Source: Octopus vulgaris
Lineage: Eukaryota
Assembly: GCA_951406725.2 (NCBI GenBank)
Contig: OX597816.1
Coordinates: 70,928,001-70,992,000, forward strand
Direction: 5' to 3'
DNA length: 64,000 nucleotides
Part shown: positions 13,148 to 26,537 of the stretch, piece after piece
Numbering within the stretch: the stretch's first letter is position 1
Layout: every line of letters begins with the position of its first letter
Made by a program: the position numbers and the translations under genes
The notes under the pieces: model-generated
Database searches by the model: none
The model's input: only the letters and a program-made list of their open reading frames with translations
What the model was told of the DNA's origin: nothing

Positions 13148-13800
13148 TATATATATATGTATGTATAGTTTACTTGTGGGTTAACAAGGCAACCAGTTGT
13201 TTCATGCGAAGGTGTCTTCACAGCTGTTCATGCATACCACAAGGTAGTGTTAGCATTCATCTCCATTTTCGATATTTGAAAAAAATGAATAGGAATCGTT
13301 TTTCTGATGTTGTTTTCTACTTTGATAATTAGATGTTTATAAATCATTAGTGTTTACAAATTGATTTGTAAACATCTTAGTGTTAAAGTGGAAAAAATTA
13401 TCAGAAATGCCATTCCTATTAATTTTTTCAAATATATAATACTGTACCAAGGAATTTCTACTTCTAATTACACACACGCATGCACGCACGCACACGCACG
13501 CACACGCACGCACGCACACGCACGCACGCACACGCACGCACGCACGCACACACACGCACGCACACGCACGCACGCACGCTCGCACGCGCACACACACACA
13601 CACATACACAGGGGATTCTTTCAGTTTCCGTTTACCAAATCTACTCACGATGTTTAGGTTGGTTCAAGGTTATAGTTGAAGACGCTTGGCCAATGTGCCA
13701 CGCAGTGAGACTGAACCCAGAATAGTATTCTTGAGAATTCAACTTCTTACTCCCACAGCCACGTCTGCGCATATATAGATATACAAAGTATATACTAGTA

Positions 13801-13848
<48 letters not shown>

Positions 13849-13958
13849 GATAGATAGATAGATAGATAAACAGATAGATATATACATGCATACATACATA
13901 CACAAATAAGCTAGTATTCACATATATACAGATATATATGAATTTACATATAAATATG

Positions 13959-14005
<47 letters not shown>

Positions 14006-14014
14006 GTATATATT

Positions 14015-14212
14015 ATATAAATACAGTGTACATTTAAACACAGAAGAGGTAACCATCATAGGAAACGTGGTTTAATATGATGGTTACTTCTTATGTGTTT
14101 AAATGTACACTGTATTTATATGAATAATATATAGTCGACTGACTAATTTTTCTACACGCTAGGCCACTGGTAGTAAAAATTTCCAAAATTTTTTCTTACC
14201 CTGATATTATTA
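14015..14212 (+). mobile_element. Truncated fold-back copy related to the 42-kb HHR element family
   Basis: Inverted arms 14015-14060 and 14076-14121. ATACAGTGTACATTTAAACAC and GACTAA..ACACG.TAG.CCACTGG are shared with 42100-42175. Confidence 0.6.
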
Positions 14213-14240
14213 ATATATGTATATATTATATATATATGTG

Positions 14241-14307
<67 letters not shown>

Positions 14308-14773
14308 GCATACATGCATGCATATTTTCATACATGCATACATACATGCATACATGCATACATACATACATACATATATACATACATACAGACAGACATA
14401 CGTGTATATATATGTGTGTGTGTTTGTGTGTGTATCCCTAAATATGTGTTCGTATATGTACACATATATGAATGAGTGTGTTTGCGTGTGTGTGTGTGTG
14501 TGTATGTGTGAATACGCGTGTCTCCATACTCAAAAGGCCTCATGTAATATTTTGGAACCAGAACATATACTCGTCAGCAAAAAAAAAAAATTGGCTGAAT
14601 TTCGATAGACTTCAAACCCCCTTTGAAGTAAAAACATCAAGTAACACCATCACCCATGGGACTTTTGTATGTCCACGCGCCCACGTGTGAGATTATATCA
14701 ATATATAAATTATATGCACACAAGCAAAACAATATATACGGCATACATAAGAGGCATATAAATAAGTAAATTT

Positions 14774-14822
<49 letters not shown>

Positions 14823-14836
14823 ACATATATATATAC

Positions 14837-14920
<84 letters not shown>

Positions 14921-15505
14921 ACGTATAGTCACACACACATATTCACATATGCGTTCATAAGCCCAACTTCTAGAGGTTTTAACGTATTCATTTTGCATAG
15001 TTTTCTCCTCCGCCATGTTTTGTCGTTCAGCATAAACGTTATGTCTGATATAACCTTTGGCACCATGAAACTGCACAACACCGATGCACTTCACACTTGG
15101 CATTAATGATAGGAATTAACCAAGTCCTCTGAGACTTATCTCCACTTCCATTTGTTTTTCCATATTTTTTTGCTGTCAGTATGCCTGTCTGTGTCTGTCT
15201 GTCTGACTCCCTCTGTATAGATGTGCGTGTGTGCGTTTCTATGTGTGCGTGTGTATGTGCGTGTGAGTATTGTGTGTGTGTGCGTGTGAGTATTGTGTGT
15301 GTGTGTGAGAGTGCCCCATTTTCTTTCTCTCCCTACCACCCACTGTCAGAACAAACCGTTTCACTCTTTTAGACTATCCTTAATTCATCTATATATCTAT
15401 CTGTCTGTGTATTTGTCAGTCTATCTCTGTACGCGTGTGTGTATCTGTACACACACACACACACACACACATATGACCACACATACACACATATACATAT
15501 ATAGG

Positions 15506-15620
<115 letters not shown>

Positions 15621-15699
15621 TATATGGATATATATGTGCGTATATGCACATACATAAATCATACATACGTGCATACAAACTTCTCTCTGTATATTCTCC

Positions 15700-15792
<93 letters not shown>

Positions 15793-15989
15793 ATGTATGT
15801 ATGTATGTATGTATGTATGTATGTATGTATATATGTATATCCCCAAAGAATACAGATTTCTTTCTTTCACCTGGTGAACCATTGTAATTCGTGTTTGGTT
15901 TATATTTGATCGATTGTCTTGTATGACTACAAGAATGGTGCTGCAGCTGTTGCTGCTGCTGTTTATACTATTATCCTTGATGTTGTTGT

Positions 15990-16383
15990 TGCTGTTGAGC
16001 GAACGGTCTTCGTCCCAGAGCTCGCAAGATGGGAGAAGTCCGAAACGTGGTTCTTTGCTATTCGTAAGACCTGCAGAAGAGAAAGCAGGTCAATCCCCGA
16101 CACCGAGAGCATCGACGGATGGATGAATGTGCATCCAGGCTCAGCAGTTGCGTAGGAAGTCGGGGACAACAAATAAGAAGAAAGAGTGAGAGAAAGTTGG
16201 GGCGAAAGAGTACAATAGGGCGACCCCTAACCCTAACCCTAACCCTACCACCCCTGCCGGAGCCTCGTGGTGCTTTAGGTGTTTTCGCTCAATAAACACA
16301 CACAACGCCCGGTCTGGGAATCGAAACCGCGATCCTCCGACCGCGAGTCCGCTGCCCTAACCACTGGGCCATTGCGCCTCCAC
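15990..16383 (-). mobile_element. tRNA-derived SINE (family C; resembles octopus tRNA-Arg-type SINEs)
   Basis: Minus-strand head GGAGGCGCAATGGCCCAGTGGTTAGGGCAGCGGACTCGCGG..GGTTTCGATTCCCAGACC (box A/B). Another head at 38617-38725. Confidence 0.85.
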
Positions 16384-16499
16384 TAGTGTTGGCGTTGGTA
16401 GTGATGGTTGTGGTAGTGGTTGAGGCCTCTTAGCGTAAGGGAATATACAATACGAAAAGAAGCGGCCTATAAATTCAAAAGATGTTGATTGATTGAAAT

Positions 16500-17130
16500 C
16501 TTAAAAGATTGAATATCATAGAGAAGAGGGAAACAGGACAATGGTAGTGAGTTCCAGAGGGCATCAGTTCGAGGAAATAAGCTATTAAAATAAAAGGGCT
16601 TGTGACTAACAAGAAACGCAACAGATACGATGTGTCTTGGAAGAGAAGCAGGTAACAGGTCTGAAGGTCTTGATAAAATGTACTAGACTAGAGAGTTCAT
16701 TAGGGCAAAGTCTATAGAAATACTTATAGAAATATTTATAGAAAAGACACAACAAAGATAAATTTCGACGGTGAACTAAAGACTCCAACTTAGTGGAAAG
16801 AAGACCCACCTTTCTGACAACTTGATACTGAATTCGCTGAAGTCATGTAATAACACTTAGAGGAGGCACCAGCCCAAAGATAACAGCAATATTCAATGTG
16901 AAATCGAATGATAGCCTTATAGAGATATAAGATACAGTCAGGCGTAAGAAATTTGCCTGCATGGAAGAGAGACCCGACGTTCTTGGCGGTTGAAATGGCA
17001 ATAGAATAAACAGATTTGTTCCAAGAGAGATCCTTGGGACAAGACAAGAAGTCGGATGCTGTTGTTTTCTGGGAGTGTGGGTGTTTCGTGTGAACTGGGA
17101 ATTTTATGCAGGAGATTAGTTTGTAGTGTT
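16500..17130 (-). pseudogene. Non-LTR retrotransposon RT C-terminal fragment (Ingi/Jockey/CR1-like group)
   Basis: DLSWNK..LYLYKAIIRFHIEYCCYLWAGA and LESLVHRRNLSLLCLFYKY motifs. Confidence 0.7.
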
Positions 17131-17132
17131 GT

Positions 17133-17440
17133 ATGAAGAACTTTGGGATCAACCCTGACACCTGGGAAACGCAAGTGCAAGATTGCTCTACCTGGAGAAG
17201 CTGCACCAACAAAGGCGCCACCTCCTACGAACAGAACAAGATTGCAGGGGTAGAAAGAAAACGCGAACAGCGCAAGTTCAGGGCCAACTTCTCGTCTTCA
17301 GTCCCAGCCGACCACCAGTGTCCGACCTGCAGCAGAGCTTTCCAAATATGCTTCAGACAGATCGACCACAGCCGGACACACTATGCCCCGTCTTCTCCCA
17401 CATGACATCCTTAGTTATCATCGACAATGATGGATGAACT
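17133..17440 (+). pseudogene. RTE LINE 3' end fragment
   Basis: INPDTWET..DCSTWRS..KG..CPTCSRAF..HSRTH followed by an RTE-like 3' hairpin (ATCATCGACAATGATGG). Confidence 0.75.
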
Positions 17441-17512
17441 AATGACACTGTTCTATAGAATATGTTCTTTGCTATATAGAATGGTAGTCTTTATATACTG
17501 TGTAGTATTTAG

Positions 17513-17552
<40 letters not shown>

Positions 17553-17555
17553 AAA

Positions 17556-17740
17556 GGGAAAGTTCACGAAAATAAACAAAAGACGAAGATAGGTGGTGTA
17601 CAAAACAAACAGATGTATTAGTATAACGCTCAGGAATAGAAAAAGTCTTTTACGTTTCGAACCTACGCTCTTATACAGAAAGGGACACAGAAAAAACAAG
17701 GAGAGAAAGAAATGTGTGAAGTGGCTAACGATCTATCATT
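17556..17740 (-). mobile_element. (TA)n-associated short element with variant HHR motif (17647-17682)
   Basis: Reverse complement of 28452-28640. Motif CTTT CTGTATA A GAGC gtag GTTC GAAAC GTA AAAG. Confidence 0.6.
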
Positions 17741-18169
17741 AATTTTTAATTAATAATAGAAGGGTAAAATTTATTAATTAGATTAATTAAATAATTAATC
17801 AATTAATTAACAATTTTACCAAGTAGATCGGTACGTTAAAATAACCTTTATAGGTAAAATTATCCACATAATTATAATTAGGGTTCAGCTAACTGCTTCA
17901 CCACATACCGAACTTAGAAATGGGAGTTAAAATTCCCTTTCTGCTACTATAAGAATCTCCATGACGGTAAACATAGTTTTTTAGTCATGGAGATTCTTAT
18001 ATATATATATATATATATATATAACAAATTAAATGGGTGGCTTATTAGCAATTTTAACCAAAAGATAAAATTAATAAGTAAAAAAAGAGACAGAGGGTAC
18101 AGACCAGCACCACTATTGTTGGAAATAAGAGTTAAAACAACTCAAAAACCACAAAGCACTATCTGAATG

Positions 18170-18425
18170 AGTGGAGGCGCGTGGCTTAGTGGTTAGGGTG
18201 TCAGCATCATGATCATAAGATTGTGGTTTCGATTCCTAGACCGGGCGAAGCGTTGTGTTCTTGAGCAAAACACTTCACTTCACGTTGCTCTAGTCCACTC
18301 AGCTGGCAAAAATGAATAACGCTGCGATGGACTGGCGTCCCGTCCAGCTGGGGGGACACATACGTCATAGAAACCGGGAAACCGGGCCCATGAGCCTGGC
18401 TAGGCTTGAAAAGGGCGCATAAATA
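18170..18425 (+). mobile_element. tRNA-derived SINE
   Basis: GGAGGCGCGTGGCTTAGTGGTTAGG..GGTTTCGATTCC head, TGTGTTCTTGAGCAA core, (TAAA)n tail. Confidence 0.8.
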
Positions 18426-18782
18426 AATAAAATAATATATATACATACACACATATATTCTTTTTCTTTTATTTCTTACAGTCATTCGACTGCGACCATT
18501 CTGGAGCACCGCCTTTAGTCGAACAAATCAACCCCAGGACTTATTCTTTGTAAGCCTAGTTCTTATTCTATCGGTTCATTTTGCCGAACCGCTAAGTTAC
18601 GGGGTCGTAATCACACCAGCATCGGTTGTCAAGCAAAATAATTAAGATTCAGATGAATTAGGTATTTAAATGTAGGCATCAAGCCAGTTTGATGTAACCC
18701 GCGCAGCTCGAAGTTAGGTGAATAAAAAGCAAACAAGTTACAAGGATGTCCAGCTACGTGGACATCCTTGTAACTTATCTTG

Positions 18783-18820
<38 letters not shown>

Positions 18821-18913
18821 ATACATGTAGATGTACACATATTCGTTCGTTTCAGTCAGTTTTATTCAGTTCACAAGATCACTGGTCATAACCCCAAACT
18901 AATTTCTAATTCA

Positions 18914-19146
18914 TTTCTTTTCTTTACTACCCACAAAGGGGCTATACATAGAGGGAACAAACAAGGACAGACAAACGGATTAAGTAGATTACATCGACCC
19001 CCAGTGCGTAACTGGTACTTATTTAATCGACCCCGAAGGTATAAAAGGCAAAGTCGACCTCGGTGGAATTTGATCTCAGAACGTAGCGGCAGACGAAATA
19101 CCGCTAAGCATTTCGCCCGGCGTGCTAACGATTCTGCCAGCTCGCC
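18914..19146 (-). mobile_element. SINE family B (tRNA-like head, GCCTTTCATCCTTTCGGGGTCGATAAA central domain)
   Basis: Close match to 26054-26284, 23777-24004 and 50503-50713. Confidence 0.85.
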
Positions 19147-21489
19147 AAACTAATTTCTAATTAATCGTAAAGCACTCTCAGGCATACATGTCATGGTTAC
19201 AGGAAAGGTACCAATAGAAAGGTCGAGTTAACGAACGGTGCTTTATATTGTCTATTGATCTACTTGAAACAGCTATCATATCCTCCGAAATGACTTATTC
19301 TTAATTCCATAAGTATGGCTTTTCCAATTGGAACATAAACGACTGGTCTTTTATAAATGCTAGCTGCTATGTTTGAGTTTCGTGGAGTTTACAGTAAGTC
19401 GTTGGGGTTCATTCTCTCGGCTGTTTTTAAGTTATGTACTCCGCACCGAATGAAGCATTGGCTTTATGACTCACTGTGTCTCATATTGAGATATTTATTA
19501 ATGTGCCACTCTAACAACTCCAGATACTGTTTCATCCCACCAGTAAAAGAATCAAAACAACAACGACAATAATACATAAATAGACAAATAAATATAAAAA
19601 AAATTGTTTGCATTTAATTAGCAGCAATCAATTTCTGGAAAAGCATATCTATGCTGATAGAAAACAAAAAATTGAATAAAATAATAGGAAACGGAGGGCG
19701 AAAATGAATTAGCTTTTGTGTCTATTTTATTTCTTTTTAGTAAAATTTATGAAAAATAACAAAAACGATTACATTTTCTGTTTTTTTTTTGTTTTTTGTT
19801 TTTTTTGCATCGATGTACCCACTCGGCTTGTCGCATCTAATAGCTCCCTGTTTATTTTATTCATCACAACCATTAGGAATCGATTTGTGAGGGCAAAATT
19901 GTCTGTGGCCTTTGACATATAAGCAACACGCTAAATATTTTGGCTTCAACCAGCCAAGACGATAAAGCGACAAAGATATAAATTCGACCATTCACGTGCT
20001 AGGAGTGATATCTTAAAGGTCAACTATGAAATTATCATCACATGCATTCATTGGAAGACAGAGAAGAAAAATACTACAAATAATACATTAAAAAAAGAAA
20101 GAAAGAGAGAAAGAAAGAATGAATGAAAGAGAGAAAGAAAGAGAGAAAGAATGAAAGAAAAATCATAATAAAAGCAAAATGATTTATGGAGACGTCTGGT
20201 AACATTTAGAAATCCATAGTCAGTCACAAAGGAACATATTAAGCGGGGTAAAAATGTTTTTTATGCGATTGGAAATATGGGAAAGCATAAGATCTCTAAT
20301 GAATGTTTAGGTCTATAGAGAATTACAATACTAATTTTCCAAAGAGGATTGCAACTTGGAAATAAAGAGGAATCAGCTAGAAAAGATAATCACAGATTCT
20401 GTCGTCAGGTCACAACAATCATCTGTGTTCCATTAACCTTTTACGGCCGATTAGAGGTGCTACTAAGGAAATATTTCTGTGGGTGTTTTCACAAGAATCC
20501 GGTACCCGTCACTGCTATAAGTTGATTAAAAACCGAGAAATGCTTTGGATTGATTCAATCTCAGAAGTGCAATCGTTTAGATCCATTATTTTATTTGCAT
20601 GGTTAGTTTCGTACTAATAAATTTACTTACTCTTTTTCTGTTTTTCTTTTAATTTTCAGTAGTAGAGTCAGAAGGGTGGGTCAGCGTCGGTGTTCTCTTT
20701 TTCTGAGAGAAGCGGGGCTGGAAGTTATCCTCAAACCGAAAGAACTGGCCTGAATGCTTAAAACAGACTGAGCTCTGCTAAATGATACCAAGAGTCCAGG
20801 TGGTGGTGATGGTGGCGATTTTGAACCAGGCGATTGATTAAATATCCTTTCTACAATATGAACAAGGTCTAAAATTCTAGGGGAGGGAGCTGGTCGATTA
20901 CATCCATCCCAATGTTCGCCTGGTATTTAATTCATCGATCCTGAAAGGATGAAAGGCAAAGTCGACCTCGGCAGATTTTGAACTCAGAAAGTAAAGACGG
21001 GCGAAATGCTGCTAAGCATTTTGTCCGGCATGCTAACGATTCTTCCATCTCACCATGGATTAAATGTGTGTGCGTATGTGTGTGTGTGTGTTACACTCAC
21101 ATACGAATATTTTAGACACACACAAGCCATGGATTAAATACAGAGCATCAAAACAATAGCAGTTCATCGAACAGGGTAGTACTTTATTTGATTGACCCCC
21201 AAAAGGATGGAAAACCAAAAATAATGAGAAGAGGGGATTCTTTGATCCCATCAACGCCAGTACTTGACTTGCATTTTATTTTATCGATCCCCACCAACGA
21301 AAGGGTGATAGACAAATCTGACCTTCACGGAAGTTGAAATCAAAACGTAAAAAGCTGGACTGAAAACCGCGAAACAAGTTTTTCCGACGCTCTGCCGATT
21401 CTGCCAACACACTGCCTTGAGAGGGTTTATAATGAAAGCATTAAAGTTAAATCATTGCTATCGTTTATTTTTATCCTTTGTCTTTTTCC

Positions 21490-21611
21490 CGTTTCAGTCA
21501 TTGAATTGCGGCCATGCTGGGGCAACGCATTGAATAATTTTAGTCGAATGAATCGACCCTTCTACTTATTCTTTTGTAAAAACAACACCGATTGCCAAGC
21601 GGTGTTGAGGG

Positions 21612-21642
<31 letters not shown>

Positions 21643-21885
21643 TACACACGTACACGTACACACACACGCATACACACACAAGCGCACGCGCGCACACACA
21701 CACATATGTATACGGCGAGCTTCTTTCAGTTTCCGTCTGCCAAATTCACTAAATCCACTCTCAAGGCTTTGGTCGGACCAAAGTTATAATAGAAAACACT
21801 AACTCAAAGTGCCACACTGTGGAACTGAACTCGGAACCATGTGGCTTGTGGTTGTGAAGCAAACTTCTTACCACACAGCCACATC
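21490..21885 (-). mobile_element. SINE family A
   Basis: Homologous to 8967-9446 in reverse orientation. Confidence 0.75.
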
Positions 21886-22280
21886 TGAAATCATTACTAG
21901 ATTTAGATGAAGGGAAGTCCCTTGGCTATTCCATTTGTGAGCCCCTCACCCTTGTCATGGGCACCAAATGCCTCATGACACCGTCAAAAATGCAGGGTGG
22001 GCCTAAAGTCAGTCACAAAATAAGTCAAATAGGCTCCGGAATTGTCAAAGGCATACTCTTACTCTTTACTCTTTTACATGTTTCAGTCATTTGACTGTGG
22101 CCATGCTGGAGCACCACCTTTTTAGTCGAGCAAATCGACCCCAGGACTTATTCTTTGTAAGCCTAGTACTTATACTATCGGTCTCTTTTGCCAAACCGCT
22201 AAGTTACGGGGACGTAAACACACCAGCATCGGTTGTCAAGCGATGTGGGGGGGACAAACACAGACACACAAACACATACT

Positions 22281-22323
<43 letters not shown>

Positions 22324-22327
<4 letters not shown>

Positions 22328-22860
22328 TTATCATAGCTCATTTTAATCATCGAGTACATGTGTATTCATCATAATTTTATTCACTTTTAGAAAAATTGAA
22401 GCATATAGGCGTAGGAGTGGCTGTGTGGTAAGTAGCTTGCTTACCAACCACATGGTTCCGGGTTCAGTCTCACTGCGTGGCATCTTGGGCAAGTGTCTTC
22501 TACTATAGCCTCGGGCCGACCAAAGCCTTGTGACTGGGTTTTGTAGACGGAAACTGAAAGAAGCCCGTCGTATATATGTATATATATATGTATATATATA
22601 TGTATATAAATATACGACGGGCTTCTTTCAGTTTCCGTCTACAAAATCCACTCACAAGGCTTTGGTCGGCCCGAGGCTATAGTAGAAGACACTTGCCCAA
22701 GATGCCACGCAGTGAGACTGAACCTGGAACCATGTGGTTGGTAAGCAAGCTACTTACCACACAGCCACTCCTACGCCTATATGCTTCAATTTTTCTAAAA
22801 GTGAATAAAATTATGATGAATACACATGTACTCGATGATTAAAATGAACTATGATAATGA
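22324..22860. repeat. Inverted duplication (~250-bp arms) of a SINE 5' half plus flanking DNA
   Basis: 22324-22575 vs 22611-22860. Both arms include the non-SINE flank CATCGAGTACATGTGTATTCATCAT. About 3 mismatches; TA-rich spacer. Confidence 0.9.
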
Positions 22861-23097
22861 TTTATCGATCCCGAAAGGAGGAAAAGTAAAGTCGACCTCG
22901 GAGGAATTTGAACTCAGGAGATAAAGACGAACGAAATTCCGCCAAGGCAACACGAACGTCCTCTCAACGATTAGCCAGAGATGATTTTTAAAATGGGAAT
23001 ATCTGAAATAAACTCGACTGCTCTTACAAATGAAAATACAAAAATGAACCCGACCGCTCTCAAAAGTTAAGTAAAAGAACCAAAAAAAACAAACAAA

Positions 23098-23295
23098 AAA
23101 AACGGAAAAATAATCCAGGATCCTTGTCCGGTACCGGATTGGTACCAAAATCTAATCAGTTCGTGCCAGTCACGAGGTTAAATATCCCTGAAAGTTTCAA
23201 TCGAATCCATCTAGTAGTTCTTGAGATATCTTGTCCACGGACAAACAAACACGACTGAAAACAATACCTCCGCCTTCGCTAAAGCGGGGATAATG
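23098..23295 (+). mobile_element. Helentron/DINE-1-like non-autonomous element fragment
   Basis: AAAGTTTCAATCGAATCCATC..GAGATATCTTG..ACAAACAAAC..AATACCTCCGCCTTCGCTAAAGCGGGGATAAT with terminal hairpin. Confidence 0.55.
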
Positions 23296-23401
23296 ACACA
23301 ATACAAATAAAAAGTCCAACGTTTTGGAGCGTAACTTTTGGCCCATCCTGTATTATATATTTTGGCTAGGGACCACTAGATTTTGGGGCTCTTTGTTTCT
23401 T

Positions 23402-24004
23402 ATTTCTTTATTAACCACAAGGGGCTAAAATCTTAGTGGGGAGAAACAAGGACAGGTAAAAAGGGATTAAATCGATTACATCGACCCCAGTGCGTAACTG
23501 GTACTTAATTTATCGACCCCGAAAAGATGAAAGGCAAAGTCAACCTCGGCGGAATTTGAACTCAGAACGTAGCGGCAGACGAAATACCTATTCCTTTACT
23601 ATCCACAAGGGGCTAAACACAGGGAGGACAAACAAGAACAGACAAATGGATTAAGTCGATTACATCGACCTCAGTGCGTAACTGGTACTTAATTTATCGA
23701 CCCCGAAAAGATGAAAGGCAAAAAAGTCAACCTCGGCGGAATTTGAACTCAGATCGTAACGGTAGACGAAATATCTATTTCTTTACTACCCACAAGGGGC
23801 TAAACACAGAGAGGACAAACAAGAACAGACAAATGGATTAAGTCGATTACATCGACCCCAGTGCGTAACTGGTGCTTAATTTATTGACCCCGAAAGTATG
23901 AAAGGCAAAGTAGACTTCGGCGGAATTTGAACTCAGAACGTAACGGCAGACGAAATACGGCTACGCATTTTGCCCGGCGTGCTAACCTTTCTGCCAGCTC
24001 GCCG
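23402..24004 (-). mobile_element. Head-to-tail trimer of SINE family B
   Basis: Three ~187-bp units starting near 23402, 23590 and 23777. Only the rightmost keeps the head (GGCGAGCTGGCAGAA). Confidence 0.9.
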
Positions 24005-24505
24005 TCAGAGGCTCTTTGTTTCTGACGACTAAACCTGTAGGTAAATCGCGCATTGTTTGTATAACATCTCTGAAATCTGTTTTATTCGATTTCATACCGA
24101 CTCAGCAGAGAATATTGACTGGACTTCAATAAATAAGCTTCTTCCGTTATTGCCCTTGTTTTTCTTCTGTTGTGTACAATGTAATTTCTACGTTAACTTT
24201 TCAATCGTAGTAAATGTGGTGATATATTTACACTACCGTCTTTATATATAGTTCTTGTGTGTGTGCGTGTGAGTGTGTTTTATTAATCTAGTGGTGTAAT
24301 TTTAATCTAACCCTCTTTCTCCGCTGCTCGTTTATCTATTTATTCTTATTCATTTAATTATTTACTTCTTTCAGAGTTTCTCTTTCTCTCTTACTCTCTT
24401 ACTCTCTCTCTCTCTCTCTCACACTTTTATCTACAACTCGCACATACACACACACACACACAGGCACACACGCGCGCACGCACACACACACACACACACA
24501 CACAT

Positions 24506-24668
24506 AGGCGCAGCATGTCTGTGCGATAAGAAGTTTGCTTCCCAACCACATGGTTGCGGGTTCAATCCCACTGCGTGGAACCTTGGGCAAGCGTTTTCTA
24601 CTATAGCCTCAGGCCGACCCAAGCCTTGTAAGTAGATTTGGTAGATGGAAACTGAAAGAAACCCGTCG

Positions 24669-24727
<59 letters not shown>

Positions 24728-24943
24728 TTGTGTGTGTGTCTGTGTTTGTCCCCCCCACTATCGCTTGACAACCGACGCTGATGTATTTACGTCCCCGTAA
24801 CTTAGCGGTTCGGCAAAAAGAGACCGATGGAATAAGTACTATACTTAGAAAAGAATGAGTGCCGGGGTCGATTTGTTCGACTACAGGCGGTGCTCCAGCA
24901 TGGGCGCAGTCAAATGATTGAAACAAGTTAAAGAATAAAAGAA
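24506..24943 (+). mobile_element. Full-length SINE family A
   Basis: Same head, central (TA/TG)n and tail as 8967-9446. Confidence 0.85.
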
Positions 24944-25435
24944 TATATATATATATATATATATATATACACGTGTGTGTGTGTGCATATGTGTATAAGT
25001 ATATATTTATGCACATCGTCACCATGGTCATCACGATCAGCACGGCATTAGAAAAGGAAAAAGGAAAGAAAATGTTATCCATTTAAACAAACACATCTTT
25101 CTTTATTTGCTCCTATTCTTGTGAGCACAACAGGTGTGGTATGTTTCGTAACTTAATATCGCAGCACAAATGCCCCATTGCCAAACATAAGACATAGGCT
25201 GATTTATGAATGATAAATTACGCAAAGACAAACTGTAAATGGTGCCAAACTCATTGCCAACTGACAAGCATAATTGGTTGGATTCGTTGACATTTTCGCC
25301 TATTTCTTGACGTTTAACGCGTTTCGGAATATATGCGGTAGTGTGTGAGTGCGAGTGCGCGTGTGTTTATACATATGTGTACACACACATATAGATATTT
25401 ATGTAATTATACACGTATACATATGTACATATACA

Positions 25436-25509
<74 letters not shown>

Positions 25510-25922
25510 AATGCACGCACATACACGTACACAAACGTATAAAAGATTGCAGATGTATATATGTATGCATGTATGTGTATATACACACAAATTGCGTGCG
25601 CATACATATATAAATAAATAGATTTATATATATATATATAAATCTATTTATTTATATATGTATACATCTATACATATATATATATATGTCTATGTATATA
25701 TATATATATACATACACACATTCAAGTGACTAATGCACACACAACCATGAATACAGGCACGCATATACATGCACATATACGTGTATGTATATGTATAAAT
25801 ATGTATATATCTGTATATATATATATATATATGTATATGTATGTATATATATATATATATATAATATACAAACATATAAAGATATACATACACACACATA
25901 TATATATATATCTGTGTGTATG

Positions 25923-25996
<74 letters not shown>

Positions 25997-26004
25997 TATA
26001 TATA

Positions 26005-26053
<49 letters not shown>

Positions 26054-26284
26054 GTTTCTTTATTGCCCACAAGGGGCTAAACATAGAGGGGACAAACAAG
26101 GACAGACAAACGGATTAAGTCGATTACATCGACCCCAGTGCGTAACTGGTACTTAATTTATCGACCCCGAAAGGATGAAAGGCAAAGTCGACCTCGGCGG
26201 AATTTGAACTCAGAACGCAACGATAGACGCAATACCGCTAAGCATTTCGCCCGGTGTGCTAACGTTTCTGCCAGCTCGCCGCCT
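26054..26284 (-). mobile_element. SINE family B, near-consensus copy
   Basis: TTTCTTTATTGCCCACAAGGGGCT...CTGCCAGCTCGCCGCCT flanked by (TA)n. Confidence 0.9.
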
Positions 26285-26537
26285 ATATATATATATATCC
26301 TCGAAGGGAATTCAAGGAGCTGTAATCAGTAAAGAGGATAATCGGTGATTGGTAATGGGATAGAAAACCAGAAATGAATCAGAGTTACATAGATCAGGCG
26401 AACGAAAACGATTTTTCGCGTAAGAAAGACCTCAGCGAATCTCAAATCTCAACAATAATCACACACACATATGCACAAACAAACATTTATACGTATGTAT
26501 ATATATATGTGTGCGTGTGTGTGTGTGTGTGTGTGTA

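Noticed and set aside
13190-13235. TGAAGA..GAAAC motif on the minus strand
   Set aside because: Core and stems are too degenerate to call a hammerhead.
14510-14580. CTGACGA...GAGACACGCGTA on the minus strand
   Set aside because: No stem I, and GAAA is mutated.
25602-25663. Perfect short palindrome
   Set aside because: Almost entirely TA-derived, low information content.
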